Source: Planctomycetales bacterium
Lineage (GTDB): Bacteria > Omnitrophota > Gorgyraeia > Gygaellales > Profunditerraquicolaceae
Assembly (NCBI GenBank): GCA_005239725.1
Contig: SBBM01000023.1
Location: 1 to 60,252, forward strand
DNA: 60,252 bases
Reading direction: 5' to 3'
The notes under the pieces are model-generated. The model was not told where the DNA came from. It worked only from the letters and a program-made list of their open reading frames with translations, and ran no database searches. This document shows positions 9,190 through 17,405 of this stretch, in pieces (position 1 is the first letter of the stretch; each line of letters opens with the position of its first letter). A program made the position numbers and the translations under genes.

Positions 9190-9195
9190 AGCATT

Positions 9196-11001
9196 TTAAT
9201 TTGCACTTGAGCCGGCAGGCTCTTGCGGTGCTTCCTTTTTCGCAGCCGGCTCTGCCTGTGCTTGTTTCGGCTGTTCCGCAGGCGCAACAACTTCAGGCGA
9301 CGGCTCGGGTTTAATCTTTAGAATAATCAAGCTCACCGAATATGGCTCTAGTGTTAAGGCTTCCTGATAAATACCGGCGGGAGTTATCTCTTTTTCTTCC
9401 AGGGGGTTAAATTCGCAATTGGCGCTGCAGAGCGAACTTACAACATACCTTTCATATAGATAATTTTCTTTTAAATTTTTAAAGTTTAGTTTTATATTCC
9501 GGCTGGATTCCCTGAATTTTGCGGCCTTGTCATTTAAATCCAGCGCCTTCTTTAATAACTCCTTTACTTTTCTGCTTAAAGGCAGCCTTGCGATATCCAC
9601 TTCCCGGCGGATAATCTTATCCAGTTTTTCAGACTTGATAATGCCAAGCAAGGGCCTCCTTTCTTTTTCCGCCAATAGGGCGATTTCCGCAGAAAGGGAA
9701 TTCATAAAAATTCCCGGGTCAATGTAATTATAAATCAATACGGCAAGGCCGTCGCCCGTCTTCGTGGCAATCCCCCCGCAGAATTCATCGTTAAGTTTAA
9801 CCTGATACATATCATTTCCTAACCTTTTTAACATCCGGAGGACATGGTACGTTGCCTTCGCCCCCCCCTTATACCCCTTGGGGTCCTGGTCAAACCAGAA
9901 TATGCCGGTATTCCTTGCTACCCCTTCTTTATTTTCTTTGAAATCCTCCAGTGAAAAAAAGAGCTGATAATCAATGTCTGCGTCGTGCATATTCTTAAGG
10001 CGGGCAGGGATGTAACTTGCCGAGATAAAAGACTTCTCCTGCCTTTCCGGCAGAAGATTGGCGCCGCTATCATAATTCCATTCGTCTATTACCAGAGGGA
10101 TATTACTGTCGAAGTTAAAGTAAGCAAGCCATTCCCTGATAAGCCCGACTGCCGTCTTATTATATGCGGTAACCTCTTTTTCCGGTTTTGCGCCGGTTGA
10201 ATAGGCATGCCAGGTAATAAAATCCAGGGGGAGGTTTTTTTCCGAGCAGAATTTGATTAATTCGTAGATGAGGCTTTTTTCTGGCTCAACTACATTATTG
10301 CCGTCAAAGCCCTGAAACCACCAGCTTACGCTGGGGCCGCCGACGGGAATATCAATTTTAGTCTCCGTTTCCAATTCCCGTGCGCTTTCGGCAACTGCGC
10401 GGTACAAATCCAGATACTCCTGCCTGCCGCCCACAAAAAATTCATCCAGGTCAGGCGCGCTCCATACTTCATACCAGACCTTATATTTTTTATTACAGCT
10501 GAATTCTCTGATATACCCTTTTATTAATTCCTTAAATGCCTTTAAATCCCAGGGCGCGCTCTTTTTATCCAGAACTTTGCCTAACCCCGGAGGCATGCTG
10601 AAAATATCTAAGATAACCGTGCCGCCTGAATCGCTTATATTCCCGATTATCGTCCCGTAATTAGCCAATAACTTATCCTGGGCATCCTTGTCTTTGGCTA
10701 ACTGGCTAATCTCCCAAAGGGTAAACTGCAGCCGGTATATCCCGGAAAAGCCGATATCTTTCCGCCAGGCATCCAGGGCCTCCTTTGCCGCCAATACCTG
10801 CGGCCAGGTGGGGTCGGCATGGAATCCACGGCCGGATAAATCAATATTCGGCTGGAAAATTTTTGGCAAGGGGACGGTGCTTGCCGCAGCGTCAACGGTA
10901 AACTCCAAATCTCCTTCCTGGGCAAAAACAGTAGATAGTAAATAGTAGTTAGTAGATAGGGCTAAAAAAAGCAAAATGCTATAAATTTTTTTCTTGATCA
11001 T
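9196..11001 (-). CDS. Secreted glycoside-hydrolase-like TIM-barrel protein (clan GH-A / GH39-like) with a Pro/Ala/Glu-rich C-terminal tail
   Basis: Signal peptide MIKKKIYSILLFLALS...AQE. WYEVWSAPDL aligns by memory to the GH39 WxEIWNEPN motif. Also IDEWNY. Low-complexity tail PEPSPEVVAPAEQPKQAQAEPAAKKEAPQEP. Confidence 0.5.
   Translation of the reverse strand: MIKKKIYSILLFLALSTNYYLLSTVFAQEGDLEFTVDAAASTVPLPKIFQPNIDLSGRGFHADPTWPQVLAAKEALDAWRKDIGFSGIYRLQFTLWEISQLAKDKDAQDKLLANYGTIIGNISDSGGTVILDIFSMPPGLGKVLDKKSAPWDLKAFKELIKGYIREFSCNKKYKVWYEVWSAPDLDEFFVGGRQEYLDLYRAVAESARELETETKIDIPVGGPSVSWWFQGFDGNNVVEPEKSLIYELIKFCSEKNLPLDFITWHAYSTGAKPEKEVTAYNKTAVGLIREWLAYFNFDSNIPLVIDEWNYDSGANLLPERQEKSFISASYIPARLKNMHDADIDYQLFFSLEDFKENKEGVARNTGIFWFDQDPKGYKGGAKATYHVLRMLKRLGNDMYQVKLNDEFCGGIATKTGDGLAVLIYNYIDPGIFMNSLSAEIALLAEKERRPLLGIIKSEKLDKIIRREVDIARLPLSRKVKELLKKALDLNDKAAKFRESSRNIKLNFKNLKENYLYERYVVSSLCSANCEFNPLEEKEITPAGIYQEALTLEPYSVSLIILKIKPEPSPEVVAPAEQPKQAQAEPAAKKEAPQEPAGSSAN
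10930..10960. repeat. Heptamer tandem array AGTAGAT AGTAAAT AGTAGTT AGTAGAT AGG inside the signal-peptide coding region
   Basis: Read directly. Encodes LSTNYYLLSTV on the minus strand. Confidence 0.8.
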
Positions 11002-11777
11002 AGTTTCTTTTGTATCCGTATGATTGACTTTGCCTTGCCTGTTTCTTCGTCTATATCTACCGCTACGCCCTGCAATTGTATATTCTCGCCAGCCACCTCA
11101 AACCTTACCGGTACCCCGGTAATAAACTTTTCCAATACATCCTCTACTCTCCTGCCAATGACTGAATCGCAAGGGCCGGTCATCCCCACGTCCGTAATAT
11201 AAGCTGTGCCCTGCGGAAGGATTTTTTCATCGGCAGTCTGCACATGCGTATGCGTGCCCAAAACTGCGGACACCTTGCCGTCTAAATACCAGCCTAAAGC
11301 CACTTTCTCCGAAGTTGCTTCGGCGTGGATATCCACAAGGATTATCTTTGCCTCCTTAGATAACTCCTCCGCTGCCTGCATAGTTGTGTGGAACGGGCAT
11401 TCAAGGGGGTCCATAAAAACCCTGCCCACAACACTGATAACTCCGATTTTGATTCCTTTTTTTGTTTCGAATACGCCGTAACCCCTTCCCGGAGCTCCGA
11501 CAGGAAAGTTTAGCGGCCTTAAAATCCGCTCCTCGCGGTCAATAATTTCAAAAATCTCCCGCTTCTTCCAGATATGGTCGCCGGAAGTAAGTACGTCAAC
11601 GGAGAAATTAAACAACTCCTCTGCTACCTTTCCGGTTATGCCTGAGCCTCCGGCTGCGTTTTCCGCGTTAGCCACGACAAAATCAAGGGAATATTCTTTT
11701 TTTAAGGCCGGCAAAAGCTTCTCTATCGTCTCCCTCCCTGGCCTGCCTACAATATCTCCGATAAATAAAATATTCAT
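10998..11777 (-). CDS. ymdB: YmdB-like metallophosphoesterase (TIGR00282 type)
   Basis: MNILFIGDIVGRPGR, NAENAAGG, GDHIW, GTHTHVQTADE. Lies downstream of rny, as in Bacillus. Confidence 0.85.
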   Translation of the reverse strand: MNILFIGDIVGRPGRETIEKLLPALKKEYSLDFVVANAENAAGGSGITGKVAEELFNFSVDVLTSGDHIWKKREIFEIIDREERILRPLNFPVGAPGRGYGVFETKKGIKIGVISVVGRVFMDPLECPFHTTMQAAEELSKEAKIILVDIHAEATSEKVALGWYLDGKVSAVLGTHTHVQTADEKILPQGTAYITDVGMTGPCDSVIGRRVEDVLEKFITGVPVRFEVAGENIQLQGVAVDIDEETGKAKSIIRIQKKL

Positions 11778-11873
11778 TCCGCACAACTCCCAAAAACACT
11801 TGTCTTGTTGCGGGACAGTCCCCTTTAAAATACTGCGAATTAGCTTTGCCGGGGAGAGTCCCTGGCGGCAATA

Positions 11874-13427
11874 TTATTTGGCGTATTCTATCGCTCTGGT
11901 TTCCCTTATTACAGTCACTTTAATCTGCCCCGGATACTCCATGCCCTCTTCTATTTTCTTCCGGATATCGCGTGCCAAATTCTGGGCATCGCTATCGGAA
12001 ATCTTTTCCGGCTGCACTACTACGCGTATCTCGCGACCGGCCTGTATGGCGAAAGACTTCTCTACCCCTTTAAAAAGATTGGCTATGGATTCCAGTTTCT
12101 CCAGCCTCTTAACGTATGTCTCCAGGGTTTCCCGGCGGGCGCCCGGGCGGGCAGCGCTTATCGCGTCCGCCGCCAAAGTCAAGACTGCGTAAAAACTCTT
12201 TAGTTCCGTCTCTTCATGATGCGCCTCGATTGCCGCCTGCACCTCAGGCGACTCATTATATTTTCTGGCTAAGTCTGCTCCGATTTTGGCGTGTGTACCT
12301 TCAATCTGATGGTCAACTGCTTTACCGATATCATGCAGGAGCCCGATACGCCGGGCCAATTTAAAATCCAGTTTTAACTCCGAAGCCATAACCCCTAAAA
12401 TAAACGCGACTTCCTTTGAATGCTGCAGGGTATTCTGGCCGAAACTGGTGCGGTATTTCAGCCTTCCCAGAAGCTTTATTATTTCCGGATGCAGGCCTTC
12501 AACTCCTGCCTCAAATGCCGCGCGTTCGCCTTCCTCGCGTACCTTTTCTTCCATATCTTTCTTGGTCTTTTCCACTACCTCTTCAATCCTCCCGGGGTGA
12601 ATCCTCCCGTCGGAAATAAGCTTCTCCAGGCTCAGGCGCGCTATTTCTCTACGCACAGTGTCGAAACAGGACAACGTTACCGCTTCAGGCGTATCATCAA
12701 TGATTACGTCTACCCCTGTCGCCATCTCCAGCGCCCGTATATTCCTGCCTTCCCTTCCGATAACCCTGCCTTTCATCTCATCGTTAGGGAGCGCCACTAC
12801 GCTTACCGTAGATTCCACGGCCTGCTCAGCGGCACACCTCTGGATAGCCAGGCTTATAATCTCCTGGGCCTTTTTATCTGCGCTGCCGCGCATCTCTTCT
12901 TCCTGCCGTTTAATAAGGACTGCTTTCTCGGCGTTCAATTCTTCATTCAGGCGGTTAAGCAGGATCTGTCTTGCCTCTTCAACTGAAAGGGATGATATTT
13001 TTTGCAAGCGTTCCTTTTCTTCGTTAATAAGTGCGTGCAGTTGAGCGTCCTTTGTCTTTATCAACTCCTCCTGCTTTTTAACGCCCTCCTGTTTCGCTTC
13101 AATCTCTTTCTCTTTCTTCTCCAAAAGGTCAAGCCGGCGGTCAATATTTTCCTCTTTTTGAGCTAACCTTTTCTCTAAATTGGATATTTCATGCCGCCTG
13201 TCTTTTGTTTCCTGTTCAAAGTCCTGGCGCATCTTGTACAACAAATCCTTTGCCTCTAATTCCGCGCTGCGATGCCTCTCCTCCTTCTGTTTATACGCTT
13301 CTTCAAGAATATGTTTTACCCTTGTTTCAGCATCCTGTATTTTTCTTTCCGCTGCATATTTTCTTAACGCATACCCGATACAAACCGATATTAATGCTGT
13401 GACAACGGGGATGATTATGTTAAACAT
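11874..13427 (-). CDS. rny: Ribonuclease Y
   Basis: N-terminal TM helix, long coiled coil, KH motif [13 protein letters not shown] domain [17 protein letters not shown]. Confidence 0.95.
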   Translation of the reverse strand: MFNIIIPVVTALISVCIGYALRKYAAERKIQDAETRVKHILEEAYKQKEERHRSAELEAKDLLYKMRQDFEQETKDRRHEISNLEKRLAQKEENIDRRLDLLEKKEKEIEAKQEGVKKQEELIKTKDAQLHALINEEKERLQKISSLSVEEARQILLNRLNEELNAEKAVLIKRQEEEMRGSADKKAQEIISLAIQRCAAEQAVESTVSVVALPNDEMKGRVIGREGRNIRALEMATGVDVIIDDTPEAVTLSCFDTVRREIARLSLEKLISDGRIHPGRIEEVVEKTKKDMEEKVREEGERAAFEAGVEGLHPEIIKLLGRLKYRTSFGQNTLQHSKEVAFILGVMASELKLDFKLARRIGLLHDIGKAVDHQIEGTHAKIGADLARKYNESPEVQAAIEAHHEETELKSFYAVLTLAADAISAARPGARRETLETYVKRLEKLESIANLFKGVEKSFAIQAGREIRVVVQPEKISDSDAQNLARDIRKKIEEGMEYPGQIKVTVIRETRAIEYAK

Positions 13428-13459
13428 CGTCTGCCTACCTCCTATCTTAACCTAAGCTC

Positions 13460-13480
13460 TTCCGCTTCGTAGGCGGAAAA
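13460..13480 (-). repeat. Degenerate single-hairpin relative of the palindromic element (TTTTCCGCC-TACGAA-GCGGAA on the minus strand)
   Basis: TTCCGC/GCGGAA stem preceded by a T-run. One C shorter than the TTTTCCCGCC consensus. Confidence 0.4.
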
Positions 13481-13543
13481 GATTAGGAACGAGAAATATA
13501 AAACTGCCTAAGCTGCTTTTGTGGTTTTTAAAAGGCTAGTTTT

Positions 13544-14095
13544 TTAGGCGAAGATAACTTTGTTTACGCTTGCGTCGTTTGGTGTGGCGGGGATATCAGG
13601 CAAAATCTGGAAGTCAAATGCCAGGCCTAAGGAAACTATCCGAGGGGGAAGCCTCTTTAAGAAACGGTCGTAGAAACCCTTGCCGCGACCCAGGCGCTTG
13701 CCTTCTTTGCCGAAGGCTACTCCCGGGACGATAACAAGGTCTAAGTACCTTAAATCAACGCATTCCTTAACTACGGGCTCCCGCGTGCCGTAAGGCCCCC
13801 GCATGAACCTGGCTTTATCCTTTAATAAGCAGGCGTTTATTATTCTATTTTTCCCGCAAATAGGGACTACCACTTTCTTGCCCAATTGTTGCGCTTTCTT
13901 AATCATCTCTCCGGTGCGAACCTCACCGTCAAACGACACATAAAACATAATTACCTTTGCCTTTTTAAAAACAGCCGTCTTAAAAAGTTTATCCTTTATC
14001 CTCCGGCTCTTTCTATCCCGGTCTTCCTCCTTTTGTGTTTTTAACCTTAAGAGAATTTTACTGCGTATTTGTTCCTTTGTCAACTCAATGCTCAT
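13544..14095 (-). CDS. 5-formyltetrahydrofolate cyclo-ligase
   Basis: VVVPICGKNRI, DLVIVPGVAFGKEGKRLGRGKGFYDRFL. The first ATG is at 14095; the track start at 14119 is TTG. Confidence 0.8.
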   Translation of the reverse strand: MSIELTKEQIRSKILLRLKTQKEEDRDRKSRRIKDKLFKTAVFKKAKVIMFYVSFDGEVRTGEMIKKAQQLGKKVVVPICGKNRIINACLLKDKARFMRGPYGTREPVVKECVDLRYLDLVIVPGVAFGKEGKRLGRGKGFYDRFLKRLPPRIVSLGLAFDFQILPDIPATPNDASVNKVIFA

Positions 14096-14513
14096 GGCGT
14101 TCTTCGGCCTTTGGCTCAAAGCTAGATGCGTCTTTGCCGATTTTTTTATAATAATCCGCCAGCGCCGACTTTAATGCTTCTTCAGCCAATACTGAGCAGT
14201 GCATCTTTACCGGCGGCAATCCCCCCAGGGCCTCGGCAACCGCTTTATTTGAAACTTTTAAAGCATCGTCAATGCTTTTACCCTTAACCATCTCGGTTAC
14301 CATAGAGCTTGTGGCAATCGCGGCCCCGCATCCGAAGGTTTTAAATTTTGCGTCGGTGATTATATTATTTTCAACCTTAATATAAAGTCGAAGAATGTCC
14401 CCGCAGACAGGATTTCCGATGTTGCCTACCCCGCTTGCGTCGGGTATTTCGCCCACGTTCCTGGGGTTAAGGAAGTGGTCCATAACTTTTTCTGAATAGG
14501 GTTGTTCTGCCAT
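14085..14513 (-). CDS. nifU: Fe-S cluster scaffold protein, NifU/IscU N-terminal type
   Basis: YSEKVMDHFLNPRNVG, GNPVCGDILRL, FGCGAAIATSS, MHCSVLAEEAL. Confidence 0.9.
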   Translation of the reverse strand: MAEQPYSEKVMDHFLNPRNVGEIPDASGVGNIGNPVCGDILRLYIKVENNIITDAKFKTFGCGAAIATSSMVTEMVKGKSIDDALKVSNKAVAEALGGLPPVKMHCSVLAEEALKSALADYYKKIGKDASSFEPKAEERHEH

Positions 14514-14526
14514 TTTATTCTTTGCC

Positions 14527-15177
14527 TTATTTTAAGGTTAAGTGGCGGGGTTTATTCATTTTCCTGAAATCTTTGGGCTCTTGCGCCTTCCTTAACGTAT
14601 CCAGTTTCTTTGTTTTTTCCAGTTCCCGGTAAATCAAAACCCAGGCGCAATCCCTGTCTTTATCCACCTCGCATTTGCCTTTATTGACTCCGCCGCACGG
14701 TCCGTTCAGCAGTCCCTTAGCACAGAGGGTGATAGGGCATATGCCGCCGGTAATATCCAAAACACACTCACCGCACAAAGAGCACTTTTCATAAAAGGCG
14801 CCCTTCGCATCAACGACGGCGCTGAATACAGTGTTACAGGCGGGAAGGATTGCTAACCCTCTTTTGTCGTTATCTTTTACAGACTGGGCCCCCAAACCGC
14901 ATGCCAAGACTAAAATCGCATCCGCCTCTTTTAAGGCCTGGGTATTCTTAGCCAGTTCTGTTTTTACCTGGGCTGCCAGGCAAGGCGCGTTAGGGACACA
15001 GGCACCCGTGACTTTCTTGCCGTGCCTTTCCAGCGCTTCTCGCATCTTAAGCACGTCATCGGCCCCACCGGTTTTACAGGTTGTAGCACATTCGCCGCAG
15101 CCGACCAAAAATACCCTGTCGTAGCCTTTCAGACTCTCCAGTATTTCCTTAAATTGTTTTTGCTCGGTAATAATCAT
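14527..15177 (-). CDS. Cys-rich protein with a methylenetetrahydrofolate reductase C-terminal-like (MetV-like) domain
   Basis: VGCGECATTCKTGG, CSLCGECVLDITGGICPITLCAKGLLNGPCGG...KCEV. The first ATG is at 15177; the track start at 15213 is TTG. Confidence 0.6.
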   Translation of the reverse strand: MIITEQKQFKEILESLKGYDRVFLVGCGECATTCKTGGADDVLKMREALERHGKKVTGACVPNAPCLAAQVKTELAKNTQALKEADAILVLACGLGAQSVKDNDKRGLAILPACNTVFSAVVDAKGAFYEKCSLCGECVLDITGGICPITLCAKGLLNGPCGGVNKGKCEVDKDRDCAWVLIYRELEKTKKLDTLRKAQEPKDFRKMNKPRHLTLK

Positions 15178-15315
15178 GGTTAGAATTTTATCACAATTAG
15201 AGGCTATCCACAAGAGAAAACATCAGTTGGTATCCCGCTACGTAACCGCCGTAAAATTATGGGAGAGAATTTATAGCACTTCGCAGGATTTCGCTAGATA
15301 AAACTTATTGTGCTC

Positions 15316-15567
15316 AAAAAAAATCCCCGCATTGTGCCGTTGGCTTGATGGGGCTGAACCGTTTAGGTTACAGGTGGGTGCCTCCCTTTAACGCCTAAGC
15401 GATAAAGGAGTCTAAGCACCCATTATTTTGGTGTTGGTCCACCAATCATCAATTTCCCAACGTGCACCGCAGGGATATCTTTCCGTCCGCTTATTTCATA
15501 TATCGCGGCATCCCGCCTGCTATTGTATAGCTTGGCGGGAAAAAGAACTTTTCTTTCTCCTCCAGGC
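15316..15567 (-). ncRNA. Candidate structured small RNA or leader (~250 nt) of unknown class
   Basis: Promoter TTGACT-N17-TATACT (15602-15574, minus). Long-range helix 15457-15474 with 15325-15343. Internal hairpin TGGGTGC...GCACCCA at 15375-15422. U8 run at 15316-15323. No plausible ORF. Confidence 0.45.
15483..15544 (-). repeat. Double-hairpin palindromic element copy (intergenic, minus orientation)
   Basis: Minus strand reads TTTTTCCCGCC-AAGCTATACAATAGCA-GGCGGGA TGCCGC-...-GCGGAC. It is nearly identical in its first hairpin to the 44947 copy. Confidence 0.8.
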
Positions 15568-15598
15568 AACCAAAGTATAACACAACTTAGAATTATAG

Positions 15599-17401
15599 TC
15601 AAGTTCTAAGATAGGTTACTGTCTTTTCAAAAAATCTTTTTAAATCCGGCTCTGCGTCTTCCCTGGTCCCTTTTGCAGTCAAAAGTAAAACTTTGCGCCC
15701 CTTCTTAATCAGGGAGCGCACGGTTCCCAATGTTTGGGCCTTAAGCAAATCTCCACTGTAGTCAACTCCATATTTCGAAGGCCTTGTCCTCAGGGGCATA
15801 AAATAGAGGGACAACCACATATCCGGCCCGTCTTCGATAAGCTGATGGTAAGAATGGTTTTTATCCGGACCCTCTCCGAGTTTAGAGGGCATTTTAAGCA
15901 TTTTGGTAAAAATAGTTTCCCTGGCTTTGGAAAAAGCGGATTTCAGGCCTTCGGTCATCCTGCCGTAAGATATAATCTCTTTCGCCGTAAACCCGGGCCT
16001 GTTTTTCAGGATATTCAGAACTGCCGCGTATACAGCTGCGGCGTCCTTTATATCGCTTCCGAAATTCTTTACTTCTTTTTCAATATCCTGCCTGGTCAAA
16101 ATTCCCGCTTTCACAAGCGGGTCATAATAAAGGGTAAGATTACTGAATGCGGCGGAGTTAACCGCATCCGGCATTTGTAATTTTCCCGCCTTTATCTCTG
16201 CCTCGGCAATCCTTTGCTGTTCCTTATACCCTTTGACAGAGGGCTGGTTGACAAAATTTATATTCCACAGGTAAGCTAATGCCGCAACCGAGCGCTGCAA
16301 GCCCAGCATAATGCCGCCGATATCTACTATACCTTCAACTGTTATCTCAAAAACCGGATACCCCTTAGAAATCAGGTAATCCCAAAACCCCTGTTTAGGC
16401 TTTTCGCCTTTTATGTTAACCCTCAAAAATATGCGGTCATTATCTTTAACCGGCTTCAGGTCCTGCGCCTCCAGATTCTCTCCGTAAAAAAGCGATACGC
16501 CTTTGCCTTTCTTGCCGGAGGATTCTTCCAGTAACTGCTCAAACCAGAGCGACAGGCCCCTTAATGCATTGGGGGTAAATATAGTGAGTTTATTCTTACC
16601 TAAATTGGCCGCGTTATGGAATATAAAGGAACCAAAATCAAGGAATACATCCTCTCCCGCTTCTTCCAACGACATATTCATGGCTTTTGCCTTTTCTAAA
16701 ACAGGCCAGACCTGTTCCGGGGCGACAATTGCCAGAGGAAGCAGAAAAATATTTGTCGTGGGCGCAGCGAACCTCCCCCCAATATCCCCCTTGCCGTTTA
16801 ACTGGATTTCCCTCTGGACAAAATCCCCGCTGTCGAACGGCGAACCTTTGTCGGTGACAACCCACGTATGCTGCTTGTTATCAATTCCGTAGCGCTTAAG
16901 AAGCTTTTCGAAATATTCCTTATGTGAAACTGTTTCCTGGGTAGTGCCGGATTTGCTAATGGGAATAATCAGGGTGTTGGCGAGCGCTTTTTCAATAGAG
17001 CCACCTTCCTTGCCCGCTATTTCATCAAGAATATCCTCGATTACTTCCGGGTCAGTAGTCCTTAAGCTATAAATTCTGGTTTCCCTTTCGTCGAAGATAG
17101 TTTTAACAACCTGAATGCTTAACCCCGAGCCGCCCATGCCGCAGAAAATAACATATCTGTATTTTTCTCTTATTTGTGCGGCGTCCCTTATGACATTATT
17201 GACTGTTTCAGGCTGGTCAAAGAGCCACTGCAGGTTTGGCATTGTCCAGCCCAGGCGGTTCGGTTCTTTTTCCGTGGTATCAAATGCGATCTCTGCCAGA
17301 TAAGGGTCTTTTTTCTTGGCCTCTTCCAGCGAAAGTCCGTAAAGCCCGTTAATCCTTTCTTCAAATTTTTCGTTCCGGAGCCTTAATCTTTCATTTTCCA
17401 T
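15599..17401 (-). CDS. pgi: Glucose-6-phosphate isomerase family protein (SIS/PGI fold)
   Basis: 600 aa. FCGMGGSGLS, SKSGTTQET, GDIGGRFAAPT (PGI signature-like). Confidence 0.65.
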   Translation of the reverse strand: MENERLRLRNEKFEERINGLYGLSLEEAKKKDPYLAEIAFDTTEKEPNRLGWTMPNLQWLFDQPETVNNVIRDAAQIREKYRYVIFCGMGGSGLSIQVVKTIFDERETRIYSLRTTDPEVIEDILDEIAGKEGGSIEKALANTLIIPISKSGTTQETVSHKEYFEKLLKRYGIDNKQHTWVVTDKGSPFDSGDFVQREIQLNGKGDIGGRFAAPTTNIFLLPLAIVAPEQVWPVLEKAKAMNMSLEEAGEDVFLDFGSFIFHNAANLGKNKLTIFTPNALRGLSLWFEQLLEESSGKKGKGVSLFYGENLEAQDLKPVKDNDRIFLRVNIKGEKPKQGFWDYLISKGYPVFEITVEGIVDIGGIMLGLQRSVAALAYLWNINFVNQPSVKGYKEQQRIAEAEIKAGKLQMPDAVNSAAFSNLTLYYDPLVKAGILTRQDIEKEVKNFGSDIKDAAAVYAAVLNILKNRPGFTAKEIISYGRMTEGLKSAFSKARETIFTKMLKMPSKLGEGPDKNHSYHQLIEDGPDMWLSLYFMPLRTRPSKYGVDYSGDLLKAQTLGTVRSLIKKGRKVLLLTAKGTREDAEPDLKRFFEKTVTYLRT

Positions 17402-17405
17402 AGGA

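Noticed and set aside
15351-15380. Plus-strand GGGGCTGA... resembling a tmRNA 5' end
   Set aside because: There is no downstream tag reading frame, no T-arm (GGTTCGA..CC) and no ACCA terminus within 400 nt. The region is better explained as a minus-strand structured RNA.
15316-15480. Fluoride, TPP, cobalamin, ZTP or THF riboswitch
   Set aside because: Only scattered short resemblances (e.g. GCUUAGACUCCU versus the fluoride GCUGAUGACUCCU). The core conserved blocks of each class are missing, and the downstream genes do not fit most of them.
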